Assembly: GCA_965204535.1 (NCBI GenBank)
Contig: OZ241996.1
Span: 1,312,001-1,376,000 of the forward strand
Direction: 5' to 3'
From: a bacterium
Lineage (GTDB): Bacteria > UBA8248
Length of the DNA: 64,000 nucleotides
Under the pieces are notes generated by a model that had not been told where the DNA came from, did no database searches, and saw nothing but the letters and a program-made list of their open reading frames with translations. Below are positions 16,866 through 28,776 of this stretch, piece by piece. Positions within the stretch are counted from its first letter, which is position 1; every line of letters begins with the position of its first letter. Both the position numbers and the translations under genes were made by a program.

Positions 16866-18539
16866 GTGCTGAAACAATTGATGGTTCCCATATTCGAGAA
16901 CGCGTTCGAAAGCGCGCGCGCGGCGGGCGACCTGACTTCGGAGGGGAAGCCCGAGGTCGTCATCGAGACGCCGCCGAACGAGGCGTTCGGCGATTTCTCC
17001 TGCAACATCGCGATGACGTTGGCGAAGGCCGAGCGCAAAGCGCCCCTGTTGATTGCGGAGCAAATCGTCAAGCACTTCGATGCGCCCGAAGGGTTTTTCA
17101 CTGATGTCCGAATCGAAAAGCCCGGCTTCATCAACCTGTATCTCGATGGAGAACTTCTGTGCGCGAAGCTCACCGACATATTGTCCGCACCGGATGATTT
17201 TGGAAAAAACGAATCGGGCGCGGGAAAATCGGTTCACTTAGAGTTCGTGAGCGCGAACCCCACGGGGCCGCTTCACGTCGGCCACGGCCGGGGCGCCGCG
17301 CTGGGCGACGTTCTGGGACGCGTGCTGGAGGCATCGGGCTTTCGCGTTCACCGGGAGTATTACATCAATGACGCAGGCAACCAGATAGAGACGCTGGCGA
17401 AATCGGCCTACGCGCGTTATCTCCAGGACGTGAAGGGGGAAGATGTTCCCTTTCCCGAAGACGCCTACCAGGGGGAATACATTCGCGAGATCGTGAAATC
17501 CGCGAGGTTCTGTGAGGGCCTCGAGACGCCGGAGGATGAGGAAGCGCTCCTCTCGCAAGCGGGCGCCATCGCCAAGGACTTGATACTGGAGGACATCGAA
17601 AAATCCCTCGCCGAGTTCCGGGTTCGCTTCGATGAATGGTTCAGCGAGTCTTCCTTGTTCACGGGAAACGGGAACAAGGTCGAGGAGGCGATCGCCGCGC
17701 TTGAGGCGAACGAGAAACTCTACGAGAAAGACGGGGCCAAGTGGCTCGCATCGAGTGAATATGGCGATGAGAAGGACCGCGTCGTCGTGCGGGACGACGG
17801 CCGCCCGACCTATCTGGCGTCGGACATCGCCTATCATCATCTCAAGTATGAGCGCGGCTTCGATCGCTACATCAACATCTGGGGGGCGGACCATCACGGG
17901 TACTTGCCCCGGGTGCGCGCGTCGATGGAGATGCTCGGCCATGACCCCGAGAAGCTCGACGTCCTCTTCGTTCAGTTCGTGAGCCTGCGCCGCGGCGGCG
18001 AGGCGGTGCAGATGAGCACGCGTTCGGGCGAGTTCGAGGAATTATCCACGGTGGTGGATGAGGTGGGCGTGGACGCGGCGCGTTTTTTCTTCTTGATGCG
18101 GAGCGCGGACACGGCGCTCGAGTTCGACCTGGACCTGGCGAAAGAGCAAAGCAGCGAGAACCCGGTCTATTACGTGCAATACGCACACGCGCGCGTATGC
18201 AGTATATTCAGGCAGGCGGAGGAGGAGGGCGTGCCGCTCGATAGTCGCGATGCTCCGCCGCCCGGCGTGCTCATGCTGGCCGAAGAGCGCGGGCTTATGA
18301 AGAATCTCCTCGAATGGCCCGACGTGGTGCGGACCGCGGCGGAGAGACTCGAACCTCACCACGTCCCGTTCGGCCTCGTCGCTCTCGCCAAACAATTCCA
18401 TGCCTACTATAATCGCAACCGTATATTGGGACAGGACGAGGAACTCACCCGCGCTCGTCTGTGCTTGGCCAGGTGTGTTCAGGTCGTCTTGAGGAACGGT
18501 TTGAATTTGCTGGGAGTTTCCGCTCCCGAGAAGATGTAG
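16866..18539 (+). CDS. argS: Arginine--tRNA ligase
   Basis: EFVSANPTGPLHVGHGR, YYINDAG, WGADHHGY, MSTRSG, YVQYAHAR, C-terminal APEKM. Confidence 0.97.
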   Translation: MLKQLMVPIFENAFESARAAGDLTSEGKPEVVIETPPNEAFGDFSCNIAMTLAKAERKAPLLIAEQIVKHFDAPEGFFTDVRIEKPGFINLYLDGELLCAKLTDILSAPDDFGKNESGAGKSVHLEFVSANPTGPLHVGHGRGAALGDVLGRVLEASGFRVHREYYINDAGNQIETLAKSAYARYLQDVKGEDVPFPEDAYQGEYIREIVKSARFCEGLETPEDEEALLSQAGAIAKDLILEDIEKSLAEFRVRFDEWFSESSLFTGNGNKVEEAIAALEANEKLYEKDGAKWLASSEYGDEKDRVVVRDDGRPTYLASDIAYHHLKYERGFDRYINIWGADHHGYLPRVRASMEMLGHDPEKLDVLFVQFVSLRRGGEAVQMSTRSGEFEELSTVVDEVGVDAARFFFLMRSADTALEFDLDLAKEQSSENPVYYVQYAHARVCSIFRQAEEEGVPLDSRDAPPPGVLMLAEERGLMKNLLEWPDVVRTAAERLEPHHVPFGLVALAKQFHAYYNRNRILGQDEELTRARLCLARCVQVVLRNGLNLLGVSAPEKM

Positions 18540-18568
18540 TCAGCATCCGCCCAGGAAACGAGAAGTCC

Positions 18569-19366
18569 ATGAAGTCCCGGCAGCGCGCATCCGCGAAACC
18601 CTATAGGATCGTTTTCGGTAAAGTGCAGGCGGGCGTTTTTGCGCTCGTTCTCCTCACGGGAATGGGGGCGTCCTTCGGCTTCGGCTACCTCTGGGGCACC
18701 AGCGGCGCGTCGAGCAAAAAGGTTATGGCTGGGGTCAAGCCTGAACCGGAGGCCGGGAAAAAGGGCGAGAGAAAAGAGGCGGAACGCGAAGAGGTCACCG
18801 CGCTGAAAAAAATGCCCGAACGCGAAGCGCAAACAGTGATGGCGAAGAAGCCCGCAGATGTCATCCAGCCGAAATTTTACCAGGACTTGCTCAAGGAGAA
18901 CCAGGAAGACGAACAGCCCATCGAACCGATCAAGCTGCCGGAGGTGAAAAAAGAAATACCCCAGAAGCCGACGCCCCCGCTCGCAGCGGCGGTGGAGGAA
19001 CCCTCCGAGAAGGAAAAGCCTCTCGAGGAGAAAGTTGACGAGAAGAAAGAAAATACGAACGGCGTCGGCAACCAAACCCCGAGGCAGGCAGAGGTGGATG
19101 CACGTGCTTCGAAACCCTGGACGAAGGCGAGCGGATATACGATTCAGGTGGTTTCCGTCAAAAAATTCGACGAGGCGCTTCGAGTCGTCCGAAAGCTGCG
19201 GGACGCGGGCTTTCAGCCTTTTATCAAGAATGTCGATCTCGGCGCCAGGGGCAAGTGGTACCGTGTCCGGGTGGGGCACTACCGAGACAAGGCGGAGGCC
19301 CAAAAGACGCTCTCCCGGATGCGGGCGAGGATAAAGCTCCAATCGGCTAGAATTATGGCAATGTAA
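18569..19366 (+). CDS. SPOR domain-containing membrane protein (FtsN-like position after argS)
   Basis: N-terminal TM helix, charged linker, C-terminal YTIQVVS...WYRVRVGHY SPOR domain. Confidence 0.85.
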   Translation: MKSRQRASAKPYRIVFGKVQAGVFALVLLTGMGASFGFGYLWGTSGASSKKVMAGVKPEPEAGKKGERKEAEREEVTALKKMPEREAQTVMAKKPADVIQPKFYQDLLKENQEDEQPIEPIKLPEVKKEIPQKPTPPLAAAVEEPSEKEKPLEEKVDEKKENTNGVGNQTPRQAEVDARASKPWTKASGYTIQVVSVKKFDEALRVVRKLRDAGFQPFIKNVDLGARGKWYRVRVGHYRDKAEAQKTLSRMRARIKLQSARIMAM

Positions 19367-19419
19367 AGTATATTTGAATACAATGTTTTGTGGTTTGTTT
19401 GCTATAAACGACTTTAAGC

Positions 19420-19448
19420 TTGACACCTGCGCTTCGCATTCCTAAGAT
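19420..19448 (+). promoter_or_regulatory. Putative sigma70 promoter of lipA
   Basis: TTGACA (19420-25), 17 nt, TAAGAT (19443-48), preceded by an AT-rich tract. Confidence 0.65.
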
Positions 19449-19482
19449 GAGCCTCCCGATTCCCGGGACTGGAGGCAATTCG

Positions 19483-20466
19483 ATGGCTTCTCGACGCTTT
19501 CCGCCCTGGCTCGTAAAGCGGTTGCCGAATCCGAGCCGATCGCACGAAGTCAAGGCGCTGATGCGGAACAAGCATCTGCACACCGTGTGCGAGGAAGCCC
19601 GTTGTCCGAACCTGTTCGAGTGTTTTTCCCGCAATACGGCCACCTTCATGGTTGGCGGGGACGTCTGTACGAGAACTTGCGGTTATTGCGCCGTCACGAA
19701 GGGCGCGCCCGAGCCTTTGGACGTAAACGAACCGCTGCACGTGGCGGAGGCCGCGAAAGGCTTAGGATTGAAGCACGTAGTCGTCACGATGGTGAATCGC
19801 GACGATTTGCCCGATGGCGCAGCCGGCCATGTCGTGGCGACGATTGAGGCGATTCGCGAATTGCTGCCCGAGACCACGGTGGAAGTGCTGGTGAGTGATT
19901 TCATGGGTGATTTCGACGCGGTCGAACGGGTGGTTCGCGCAGCCCCCGATGTTTTCAACCATAACATCGAGACGGTCAGGAGGCTGTTCAAGAGCACGCG
20001 CCCGAACGGCGATTACGAACGCTCGCTGCGCGTTATCGGCATGGCGAGGGAAATCGCCCCGGAGATGGTGACGAAAAGCGGCGTCATGGTCGGCATGGGC
20101 GAAACCGAAGAGGACGTGCTCTCCTTGATGGATGATTTGAGGGATGAAAAAGTCGACTGTCAGATAATGACGATCGGGCAGTATCTCTCGCCCAAGAAGA
20201 AGGCGATTCCCGTTCGCGAATACATTCACCCGGATGTCTATGCGCGCTACCGTCTGGCGGGCGAGGCGAGGGGTTTTGCGCACGTGTTCGCCGGCCCTTT
20301 CGTGAGAAGCTCCTACAATGCGGAGGAGGCCCTGCACGCCTCCCAGGGATTGCGGGAAGGGAAATTGCAAGGAGACCCCGAGGGCCGCGCTTTTATGACG
20401 AGCGACGGCTCGGGCCGGAACGTCCCGGCGCCCTCCCGTCACCTGATATCCTTGCCGGTCAGTTGA
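19483..20466 (+). CDS. lipA: Lipoyl synthase
   Basis: CEEARCPNLFEC, CTRTCGYC, HNIETV, VRSSY; ATG 19483 with GGAGG SD. Confidence 0.96.
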   Translation: MASRRFPPWLVKRLPNPSRSHEVKALMRNKHLHTVCEEARCPNLFECFSRNTATFMVGGDVCTRTCGYCAVTKGAPEPLDVNEPLHVAEAAKGLGLKHVVVTMVNRDDLPDGAAGHVVATIEAIRELLPETTVEVLVSDFMGDFDAVERVVRAAPDVFNHNIETVRRLFKSTRPNGDYERSLRVIGMAREIAPEMVTKSGVMVGMGETEEDVLSLMDDLRDEKVDCQIMTIGQYLSPKKKAIPVREYIHPDVYARYRLAGEARGFAHVFAGPFVRSSYNAEEALHASQGLREGKLQGDPEGRAFMTSDGSGRNVPAPSRHLISLPVS

Positions 20467-20478
20467 GGATTTTTGAAC

Positions 20479-21675
20479 ATGCATGAGTTCCAGCGCATTA
20501 CCCGCCTGCCTCCCTATGTCTTCGCCGGCGTTGACGAGTTGAAGATCGAGGCCCGCCGCCGGGGCGACGACATCATCGATTTCGGTATGGGGAACCCCGA
20601 CCTCGCCACCCCGCCGCACATCGTGGAAAAACTCGTGGAAGCGGCGACGAACCCCAGGAATCATCGCTATAGCGCTTCGCGCGGCATCACCCGGCTGAGA
20701 GCGGCCATCGCCGATTGGTATGGCCGCCGCTATGACGTGAATATCGACCCCGAAGAGGAGTCCATCGTCACCATCGGCGTGAAGGAGGGGCTCTCGCATC
20801 TGGCATTGGCCATCACGAACCCGGGTGATTTGGTCATGGTGCCGAGCCCGACATACCCCATCCATACCTACGCCATGGTGCTGGCGAACGGCAACGTGGT
20901 CCATGTGCCGCTCTCCCAGGGGGATGATTTCTTCGAAAACATGACCGACATCATCCGCCCGATATGGCCGCGGCCGAAAATCCTCGTTTTGAGTTTTCCG
21001 CACAACCCCACCACGGTATGCGTGGACCTCGATTTTTTCGAAAAAGTCGTCGCCTTCGCGAAAGAATACAACCTCATCGTGGTCCATGATTTCGCCTATG
21101 CCGACTTAGGCTTCGACGGCTACGAGCCGCCCAGCATTCTGCAGGTGAAAGGTGCGAAGGATGTGAGCGTGGAATTTTTCTCGCTCTCCAAGAGCTACTC
21201 CATGCCGGGGTGGCGGATAGGCTTCGCCGTGGGGAACCGGGAGATCATCGGCGCGCTCAGGCGCATCAAGAGCTATCTCGATTACGGCGCGTTCCAGCCC
21301 ATCCAGATTGCTTCCATCATCGCGCTCAACGGCTCTCAGGAGTGCGTCGAGGAGATTCGCCAGATTTATGAGAATCGCCGGGATGCGCTGTGCAACGGGC
21401 TGGAGAGAATCGGCTGGCCCGTTCAGAAACCCAAAGGCACGATGTTCGTGTGGGCCGAGATTCCTCAACAGTACAGGGAGATGGGTTCTCTGGAGTTTTC
21501 CAAATTCTTGTTGAGGGAAACCGAGGTGGCCGTCTCGCCCGGCATTGGTTTCGGCGAACTGGGCGACGGGCACGTTCGCTTCGCTCTCGTGGAGAATGAG
21601 CACCGGACACGTCAGGCGCTCAAAAACCTCCGTTCCCTGTTTCAGGAGAAAGCGCCCAGGCGAGCGGCGAACTAG
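20479..21675 (+). CDS. alaC: Class I/II PLP aminotransferase (AlaC/YfdZ type)
   Basis: [43 protein letters not shown]; lies upstream of hom. Confidence 0.88.
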   Translation: MHEFQRITRLPPYVFAGVDELKIEARRRGDDIIDFGMGNPDLATPPHIVEKLVEAATNPRNHRYSASRGITRLRAAIADWYGRRYDVNIDPEEESIVTIGVKEGLSHLALAITNPGDLVMVPSPTYPIHTYAMVLANGNVVHVPLSQGDDFFENMTDIIRPIWPRPKILVLSFPHNPTTVCVDLDFFEKVVAFAKEYNLIVVHDFAYADLGFDGYEPPSILQVKGAKDVSVEFFSLSKSYSMPGWRIGFAVGNREIIGALRRIKSYLDYGAFQPIQIASIIALNGSQECVEEIRQIYENRRDALCNGLERIGWPVQKPKGTMFVWAEIPQQYREMGSLEFSKFLLRETEVAVSPGIGFGELGDGHVRFALVENEHRTRQALKNLRSLFQEKAPRRAAN

Positions 21676-21701
21676 TTCACCGTCCCCGGGGTCAAGAAGA
21701 C

Positions 21702-23030
21702 ATGAAGAAAATTTGCGTCGGTATATTGGGCTTGGGCACGGTCGGAAGCGGTGTGGTGAACTTGCTTGATGAGCAGCGGGAGTTGATCAAAAGGCGCCTC
21801 GGCGTGGAAGTGTGCGTCTCCAGAATTGCGGATCGCAGCGTTTTCACCAAGAAGAAGACGGCGCGCGGGGTGGCTCCCGAGAACATCGGGACGGACTTCG
21901 AAGCCGTGATCGACGCCCCCGAGGTGCACGTGATCGCGGAACTGATTGGCGGTACGGATGATGCCAGACGCCATATCCTGCGGGCGATCGGCAAGAAAAA
22001 GCCGGTGGTGACCGCAAACAAGGCGGTGCTCGCGGTTCACGGGGAAGAGATATTCGCCGAGGCGGAGAAGGCGGGTTGCCCGCTGGGTTTCGAGGCGTCC
22101 GTCGCAGGCGGCATTCCGATTGTCAGAAACCTGCGTGAAGCTTTCGCGGCAGATAGAATCGAGAGGCTCGCCGGCATCCTGAACGGCACGTGCAACTATA
22201 TCCTGAGCCGTATGACGGAGGTAGGCGCGGATTTCGGCGAAACGCTCAAGAGCGCTCAGGAACTCGGCTATGCGGAGGCCGATCCGGCATTTGATATCGA
22301 CGGCGTCGATGCCTCGCACAAGATAGCAATCCTGGCGAACCTGGCCTATGGCACGCCCGTGGATGTCGAGGAATATCACACCGAAGGGATACGCCACATC
22401 ACTTCCGTCGACATCGACATCGCCAAGGAACTCGGCTTCCGAATCAAGCTCATCGCCACGGCTCAGGAGAAAGACGGGAAACTGGATATCCGCGTTCATC
22501 CGATGATGCTTCCCGAAAGCCATCCCCTCTCGCAGGTGGGCGGTGTCTACAACGCGGTGGCGGTCGCGGGGGTGAATGCCGGGCCGCAGGTTTTCATCGG
22601 CAAAGGCGCAGGTTCGGAGGCGACGGCTTCCGCCGTCGTGGGCGATATCATCGAAGTGGCGAGGTGGCTGAAAAACGGTGGCGACTCGCGGATTCCCGCC
22701 GCCGCTTTTTTGCCGGATCAGCGCGCGCGCCTCGACATCCTGACGCCCCGGGAAATTTCAACACGCTTCTACGTTCGCTTTGCGGCTTTGGACAAGCCGG
22801 GGGTATTGAGCCGTATCTCCGGCGTTTTCGGCGATCACGACATCAGCCTCGAAACCGTCGTCCAGAAGGGCCGCGCCGACGAAGACGGCTATGCCCGTCT
22901 GGTGTTGCTCACCCACAAGGCGACGGAGGAAAACATGCAAAACGCACTCGGGGTAATTTCCCGCCTCGACGTGGTGCAGCCTTCTTACGCGCTCGTGCGT
23001 GTGGAATCGGACGGCATGGCGTTCATGTGA
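21702..23030 (+). CDS. hom: Homoserine dehydrogenase with C-terminal ACT domain
   Basis: GLGTVGSG, VTANKA, FEASVAGGIP, GILNGTCNYIL, GYAEADP, ACT DKPGVL. Confidence 0.96.
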   Translation: MKKICVGILGLGTVGSGVVNLLDEQRELIKRRLGVEVCVSRIADRSVFTKKKTARGVAPENIGTDFEAVIDAPEVHVIAELIGGTDDARRHILRAIGKKKPVVTANKAVLAVHGEEIFAEAEKAGCPLGFEASVAGGIPIVRNLREAFAADRIERLAGILNGTCNYILSRMTEVGADFGETLKSAQELGYAEADPAFDIDGVDASHKIAILANLAYGTPVDVEEYHTEGIRHITSVDIDIAKELGFRIKLIATAQEKDGKLDIRVHPMMLPESHPLSQVGGVYNAVAVAGVNAGPQVFIGKGAGSEATASAVVGDIIEVARWLKNGGDSRIPAAAFLPDQRARLDILTPREISTRFYVRFAALDKPGVLSRISGVFGDHDISLETVVQKGRADEDGYARLVLLTHKATEENMQNALGVISRLDVVQPSYALVRVESDGMAFM

Positions 23031-23055
23031 TCAAGCAGACAAGGGTTCATCCCTG

Positions 23056-24306
23056 ATGCGGAAAATCTTGATGGTTCTCGCACGCGGCCTGGCCGACAGG
23101 CCGGTGGCGGACTTTGGTGGTGAAACGCCTTTACAGAGGGCGCGCACGCCCGGGCTGGATCGCCTGGCCGATATGGGGTTTTCCGGCCTGTGGTCGCCAA
23201 CGCCTGAAGACGCGTATCCCTCTCTGGATGGATTTCTCAAGAAATTTTACGGCTCCTCCGTCGCCCTGTCTTCCGGCTTGATGATGGCCGCCGCCACCGG
23301 CCATCTTCCGGAAGCGGGAGAAGCTGTCTTCCGGCTCAATTTCGTGTGTTTGAAGCCCGGCGCTACGAGCGTCGTCATGCTCGACCCGACGGGCTTCGGC
23401 GTCACGGACGAGGAGAACCGCGAACTCATCGCTTACCTGGAGCGGCAGATGCCGCCGGATGAGGGGGAATCTTTCCGCTTCGAATCCCTGGGCGGCTGTG
23501 AGGCGCTTCTCTTTTACAAGCGTGCGGGTGCGCCGCTTCTGCAAGAATCTTTTCGCGACTTCTCGCCCCCATATGCGATTACCGGAAACCCCATCGGGGA
23601 TCATATGCCGGTAGCGGAGGCGGCCCGGCGCTTCGTTCATTTCGTCAACGATTCCCAGATGGTGCTCTCCACCCACTCGGGTTTGAGGGAAAAGGCGCAA
23701 ACCCGCATGTTCGCTGCAAACTCCGTGTGGCTTTGGGGAGGCGGCCTCACCGAAGAGGTCGGGCGGATGTCGGAAAAAACGGGAGGCAGGAGTTCGGCCC
23801 TGATAACAGACTCGCAACTCGCTAAGGGTTTTGCCAAACTAGGCGGCGCGGATGTATATGAGCCGGGGGAGAAGGTGCCCGTCACGGTGAGCCAGGTGCT
23901 TTCGAGCCATGATTTCGTCTGCTTGATAGAGGATGCGGACGACGTGTCCCCCTGGCGCGAACCGGAGGAGAAAATCGAGGCCATCGAGAAGTTCGACGCC
24001 GGGCTCTTCTCGCCCCTGTTGGGAAGGCTGAGCGAGCCTTGCCGCATACTCGTGGCGGTGGATCATGGATTCAGCGTGGAATCTCAGGAATGGACTGCCG
24101 ATGCCGTCCCGTTCGCCATCGCGGATTTCGATGGAGAGAATTTGACGCCGCCGAAGCGTCCGGGAGGGTTGGCCGCTCTTTGGGAGTTGATGCGTGGCGG
24201 AGAAGGAAAACAAAAAAATTCGGCCGTCGGTTTTTCCGAGGAACTCGGGGGAGCAAGGCGCGTCTATTCGCTGAATGCAGTGAAAAAGCGGTTGTTCGCT
24301 GGATGA
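23056..24306 (+). CDS. ApgM-like (cofactor-independent phosphoglycerate mutase family) protein, catalytic residues apparently lost
   Basis: GLADRP...GGETPLQRARTPGLDRLA, FRLNFV, ANSVWLWGGG, EKIEAIEKFD, ADAVPF match the ApgM family scaffold. Confidence 0.75.
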   Translation: MRKILMVLARGLADRPVADFGGETPLQRARTPGLDRLADMGFSGLWSPTPEDAYPSLDGFLKKFYGSSVALSSGLMMAAATGHLPEAGEAVFRLNFVCLKPGATSVVMLDPTGFGVTDEENRELIAYLERQMPPDEGESFRFESLGGCEALLFYKRAGAPLLQESFRDFSPPYAITGNPIGDHMPVAEAARRFVHFVNDSQMVLSTHSGLREKAQTRMFAANSVWLWGGGLTEEVGRMSEKTGGRSSALITDSQLAKGFAKLGGADVYEPGEKVPVTVSQVLSSHDFVCLIEDADDVSPWREPEEKIEAIEKFDAGLFSPLLGRLSEPCRILVAVDHGFSVESQEWTADAVPFAIADFDGENLTPPKRPGGLAALWELMRGGEGKQKNSAVGFSEELGGARRVYSLNAVKKRLFAG

Positions 24307-24316
24307 TGGGGATAAA

Positions 24317-25521
24317 ATGAGTCTGGTCGTAAAAAAATTCGGTGGTACCTCGGTCGCGAACCTGGAAAAGATTCGCGGCGTGGTCAAGCGAGTCTCGGGA
24401 GCGAGAAGTTCCTGGGAGCGCATCATCGTCGTGGTGAGCGCGATGGCGGGGGAAACCGACAAGCTCATCCGGTTCGCGCATGCGCTTTCGCCTCAACCGG
24501 TGGGACGGGAGATGGATTTGCTGCTCACCTCGGGGGAGCGCATTGCGAGTTCGCTTTTGGCCATCGCCCTCGATGCGGTCGGGATACCGGCCATATCCCT
24601 GACGGGCGGGCAGGCGGGCATTCTGACGGAAGGCGCCCATACCCGCGCCCGCGTGCGCTCCATCCGCCCGGCGAGGATTGTAAAGGAGCTCGACGAGGGG
24701 AAGGTGGTCGTCGCCGCGGGCTTTCAGGGCGTCGATGCGTTCGATGAGGAGACGACGCTGGGACGCGGGGGCTCCGACCTCACCGCCGTGGCGTTGGCTG
24801 CGGCGCTTGAAGCGGACCGCTGTGAGATTTATACCGATGTGGACGGGGTGTACACGGCTGACCCGCGCCTTGTACCCGACGCGAAGCGCATGGAGCAGAT
24901 ATCGTTCGAGGAGATGATGGAACTCGCGTCCCTGGGCGCGAAAGTGCTGCAGGCGCGCTCTGTGGATCTGGCGGCGAAGTATGACCTGCCGCTCGTCGTC
25001 CGATCCGCGTTTGATGAAGGAGAGGGAACGTTGATCATTCCAGAGTCGACGGGAATCGAGTCCCCCGCCGTTCGCGGCGTGAGCTGCGATTCGAAGCAAT
25101 CGAAACTCACGATTAGCGCCGTGCCCGACAGGCCCGGAATCGCCGCTGCTCTCTTCGGTCAGTTGGCCGAGAAATCCATCATGGTGGACATGATCGTCCA
25201 GAACGTGAGCGAAAACGGCCTGACGGACATCTCCATCACGGTGAACAGCGACATGGCGCAGCAAGCCGAACAAATCATGGTGGAATCGAATGAATCCTTC
25301 GGCGGGGCCACCATCTCCCGCGATGACGACATCGCGAAAGTCTCCGTCGTGGGCGTGGGCATGAAGAGCCAGGCTGGCGTGGCGGCGCGCGTTTTTTCCG
25401 CATTGGCGAGAAGCCGCATCAACATCATGATGATCTCGACTTCCGAGATTTCCATATCCGTTGTGGTGGGCCAGGCGGACTCCGAGAATTCGGTGCGCGT
25501 ACTGCATAAGGAGTTTATCGG

Positions 25522-25525
<4 letters not shown>
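24317..25525 (+). CDS. lysC: Aspartate kinase
   Basis: [40 protein letters not shown], two ACT domains, ISTSEI. Confidence 0.96.
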
Positions 25526-26499
<974 letters not shown>

Positions 26500-26510
26500 A
26501 GGGTTTCAGT

Positions 26511-28709
26511 TTGGGCAAAGAACTGCTTTTTGAAATCGGTACCGAGGAGATCCCCTCGACCTACATGCCGGGGATGATAGCTGCGCTCAAAGACCGGGCG
26601 GAGGCGGCGTTTGGCGAGGCGCGCCTTGATTACGAAGGTCTGAAGACGTTCGGGACGCCCAGAAGGCTCGTCTTGCATGTAGCCGATTTGGCGGAGCGCC
26701 AGAAACCGCTTCAAGAGGAGATACTGGGGCCGCCAGTGAAAAACGCGTTCGATGAAGACGGGAATCCGACGAAAGCGGCTCTCGGCTTCGCCCGGACAAA
26801 TGGGGCGGAGGTGTCCGAACTCAAGCAGGTGGATACGCCCAAGGGCGCGCGCCTGATGTATTTCAGAGAAGACTTAGGGGATGAGGCCAGGACCGTACTG
26901 GGGTCTTTGCTGTCGAAACTGGTTCAGGAGTTGCCGTCTCCCAAATCCATGCGTTGGGGAGCGGGCAAGTTTTCCTTTGTTCGGCCTGTGCAATGGATTC
27001 TGGCCCTTTATGGGCAAGAACGCATCGATGGTCCTGTAGCGGATGAGGATACATCGCTCCCGCTTTTTTCTTCACTCACGTACGGACATAGGTTTCATCA
27101 GAATAAACAATTAAATATCAATAACTATCAGGAATATATCCATGTATTACATGAGAGCAATGTGGAGCCTGTCGTCGATGACGGAAAGGGCGGCGGGCGC
27201 ATTCCCATGGTGCGAGCGGACGTCCTGGAAGTAGCCGGGTCCCTGGACGCCGAGCCGGCAGCGGACCCGGAGGCCGTGGAGCGCTTGGTGGAGAAGGTGG
27301 CGCATCTGGTGGAGTGGCCGTTTCCTGTGGCGTGCGGGTTCGATGAAAAATTTCTCGATCTCCCGAGTGAAGTCATTATCTCCACCCTGGAGGTGCACCA
27401 AAGATGTTTTGCGCTCAAGGAGAAGGGGGGAGAGAGACTCATTCCCTCCTTCATCGGCGTGAGCAATACGCATGCGAAGGACATGAGCGTCGTTCGGAAA
27501 GGATATGAACGCGTCGTGCGCGCGAGGTTGGAGGATGCGGAATTTTACTGGCGCCAGGACCTGGCGACACCCCTCGCCGACATGGCGGAGGAGCTCAAGG
27601 GCGTGGTTTATCACCCGAGGCTGGGCACGAGCTGGGACAAGGTGGAGCGGTTCAGACGCCTGGGCGCATGGCTTTGCGAGAAGCTCGCGCCGGGAGACGG
27701 CGCGTTGGCGAAAACCGTGGACGAGGCGGCATATCTCTGCAAGGCGGATTTAACCAGCGGCATGGTGTATGAATTCCCGGAACTTCAGGGCGTCATGGGC
27801 CGGCGCTATGCCGAACGCGAAAGCAGGAGCGAGGCGGTATCCCGCGCCATATATGAGCATTACCTCCCCAGAGGCGAGGGCGACGATCTCCCCAAAGAGC
27901 GCGCGGGCGCCATCGTGGGGCTCGCAGACCGCATGGACACCATCGTCGGCATGTTGGGGTTGGGCTACCTGCCCAGCGGTTCGGAAGACCCTTATGCGCT
28001 GAGGCGTGCGGCGAATGCGATTTTGCTCATTCTGGAGGACCGGGGTTTCAGAATCTCACTGCCCGAATGGGTGGAAGTCGCGAGCGAGCCTCTGGCGGAT
28101 AAGTTCAAGGGAGATTCCGCCGAGGCGGCTGAAAGAATTCTGGGTTTTCTGCGCAACCGGGTGTCCGCCTATCTTTCGCGTGGCGGCGCGCGAGGCGATC
28201 TGGTGGAGGCGGTGCTCGCTGCGGGAGAGGATTCCGGCTGGCGCGACGTGTTGGACGCGCGGGCGCGGCTTCGCGCACTGGAGCGGTTGGCCTCGAGCGA
28301 AGAGACCTTCGAGCCGCTCACGACGACTTTCAAGCGGGTGAGCAACATCATCCGACAGGCGAAAGAGGGTGGTGAGCATGATGAGGCGACCAGCCTGGAT
28401 GAGCGTCTTCTCGTGGATGACGCCGAGAAGAAGCTGAACGCATCTTTGTGCGCGGTTTCAGAAACAGTAGAGAAAGCGCTGGGGAACGTGCAGGCGGGAG
28501 ACGCCGCCTCTTTGGAGGAAGCCTATGTTTCGGCGAATACCTCCATTGCGGAAATTCGTCCGGTGGTGGATGATTTTTTCGACGAGGTGATGGTGATGGC
28601 CGAGGACGCCGCCTTGCGGAAAAACCGCCTTGCGCTGATGGCCGACGTCGGCGCGCTGTTTTCAGCGAATGCGGATTTCACAAAAATTCAATTGAGGGCG
28701 ACGAAATAA
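26511..28709 (+). CDS. glyS: Glycine--tRNA ligase beta subunit
   Basis: LLFEIGTEEIP, TPRRL, MRWG, EFPELQGVMG, DPYALRR, NRLALM. Confidence 0.96.
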   Translation: MGKELLFEIGTEEIPSTYMPGMIAALKDRAEAAFGEARLDYEGLKTFGTPRRLVLHVADLAERQKPLQEEILGPPVKNAFDEDGNPTKAALGFARTNGAEVSELKQVDTPKGARLMYFREDLGDEARTVLGSLLSKLVQELPSPKSMRWGAGKFSFVRPVQWILALYGQERIDGPVADEDTSLPLFSSLTYGHRFHQNKQLNINNYQEYIHVLHESNVEPVVDDGKGGGRIPMVRADVLEVAGSLDAEPAADPEAVERLVEKVAHLVEWPFPVACGFDEKFLDLPSEVIISTLEVHQRCFALKEKGGERLIPSFIGVSNTHAKDMSVVRKGYERVVRARLEDAEFYWRQDLATPLADMAEELKGVVYHPRLGTSWDKVERFRRLGAWLCEKLAPGDGALAKTVDEAAYLCKADLTSGMVYEFPELQGVMGRRYAERESRSEAVSRAIYEHYLPRGEGDDLPKERAGAIVGLADRMDTIVGMLGLGYLPSGSEDPYALRRAANAILLILEDRGFRISLPEWVEVASEPLADKFKGDSAEAAERILGFLRNRVSAYLSRGGARGDLVEAVLAAGEDSGWRDVLDARARLRALERLASSEETFEPLTTTFKRVSNIIRQAKEGGEHDEATSLDERLLVDDAEKKLNASLCAVSETVEKALGNVQAGDAASLEEAYVSANTSIAEIRPVVDDFFDEVMVMAEDAALRKNRLALMADVGALFSANADFTKIQLRATK

Positions 28710-28776
28710 TCGGAGTTGTTTTCAGCCACCCATATGTATTGCACAGACGCGCGAGGGGCGCGGGAGGACGCAGGTG

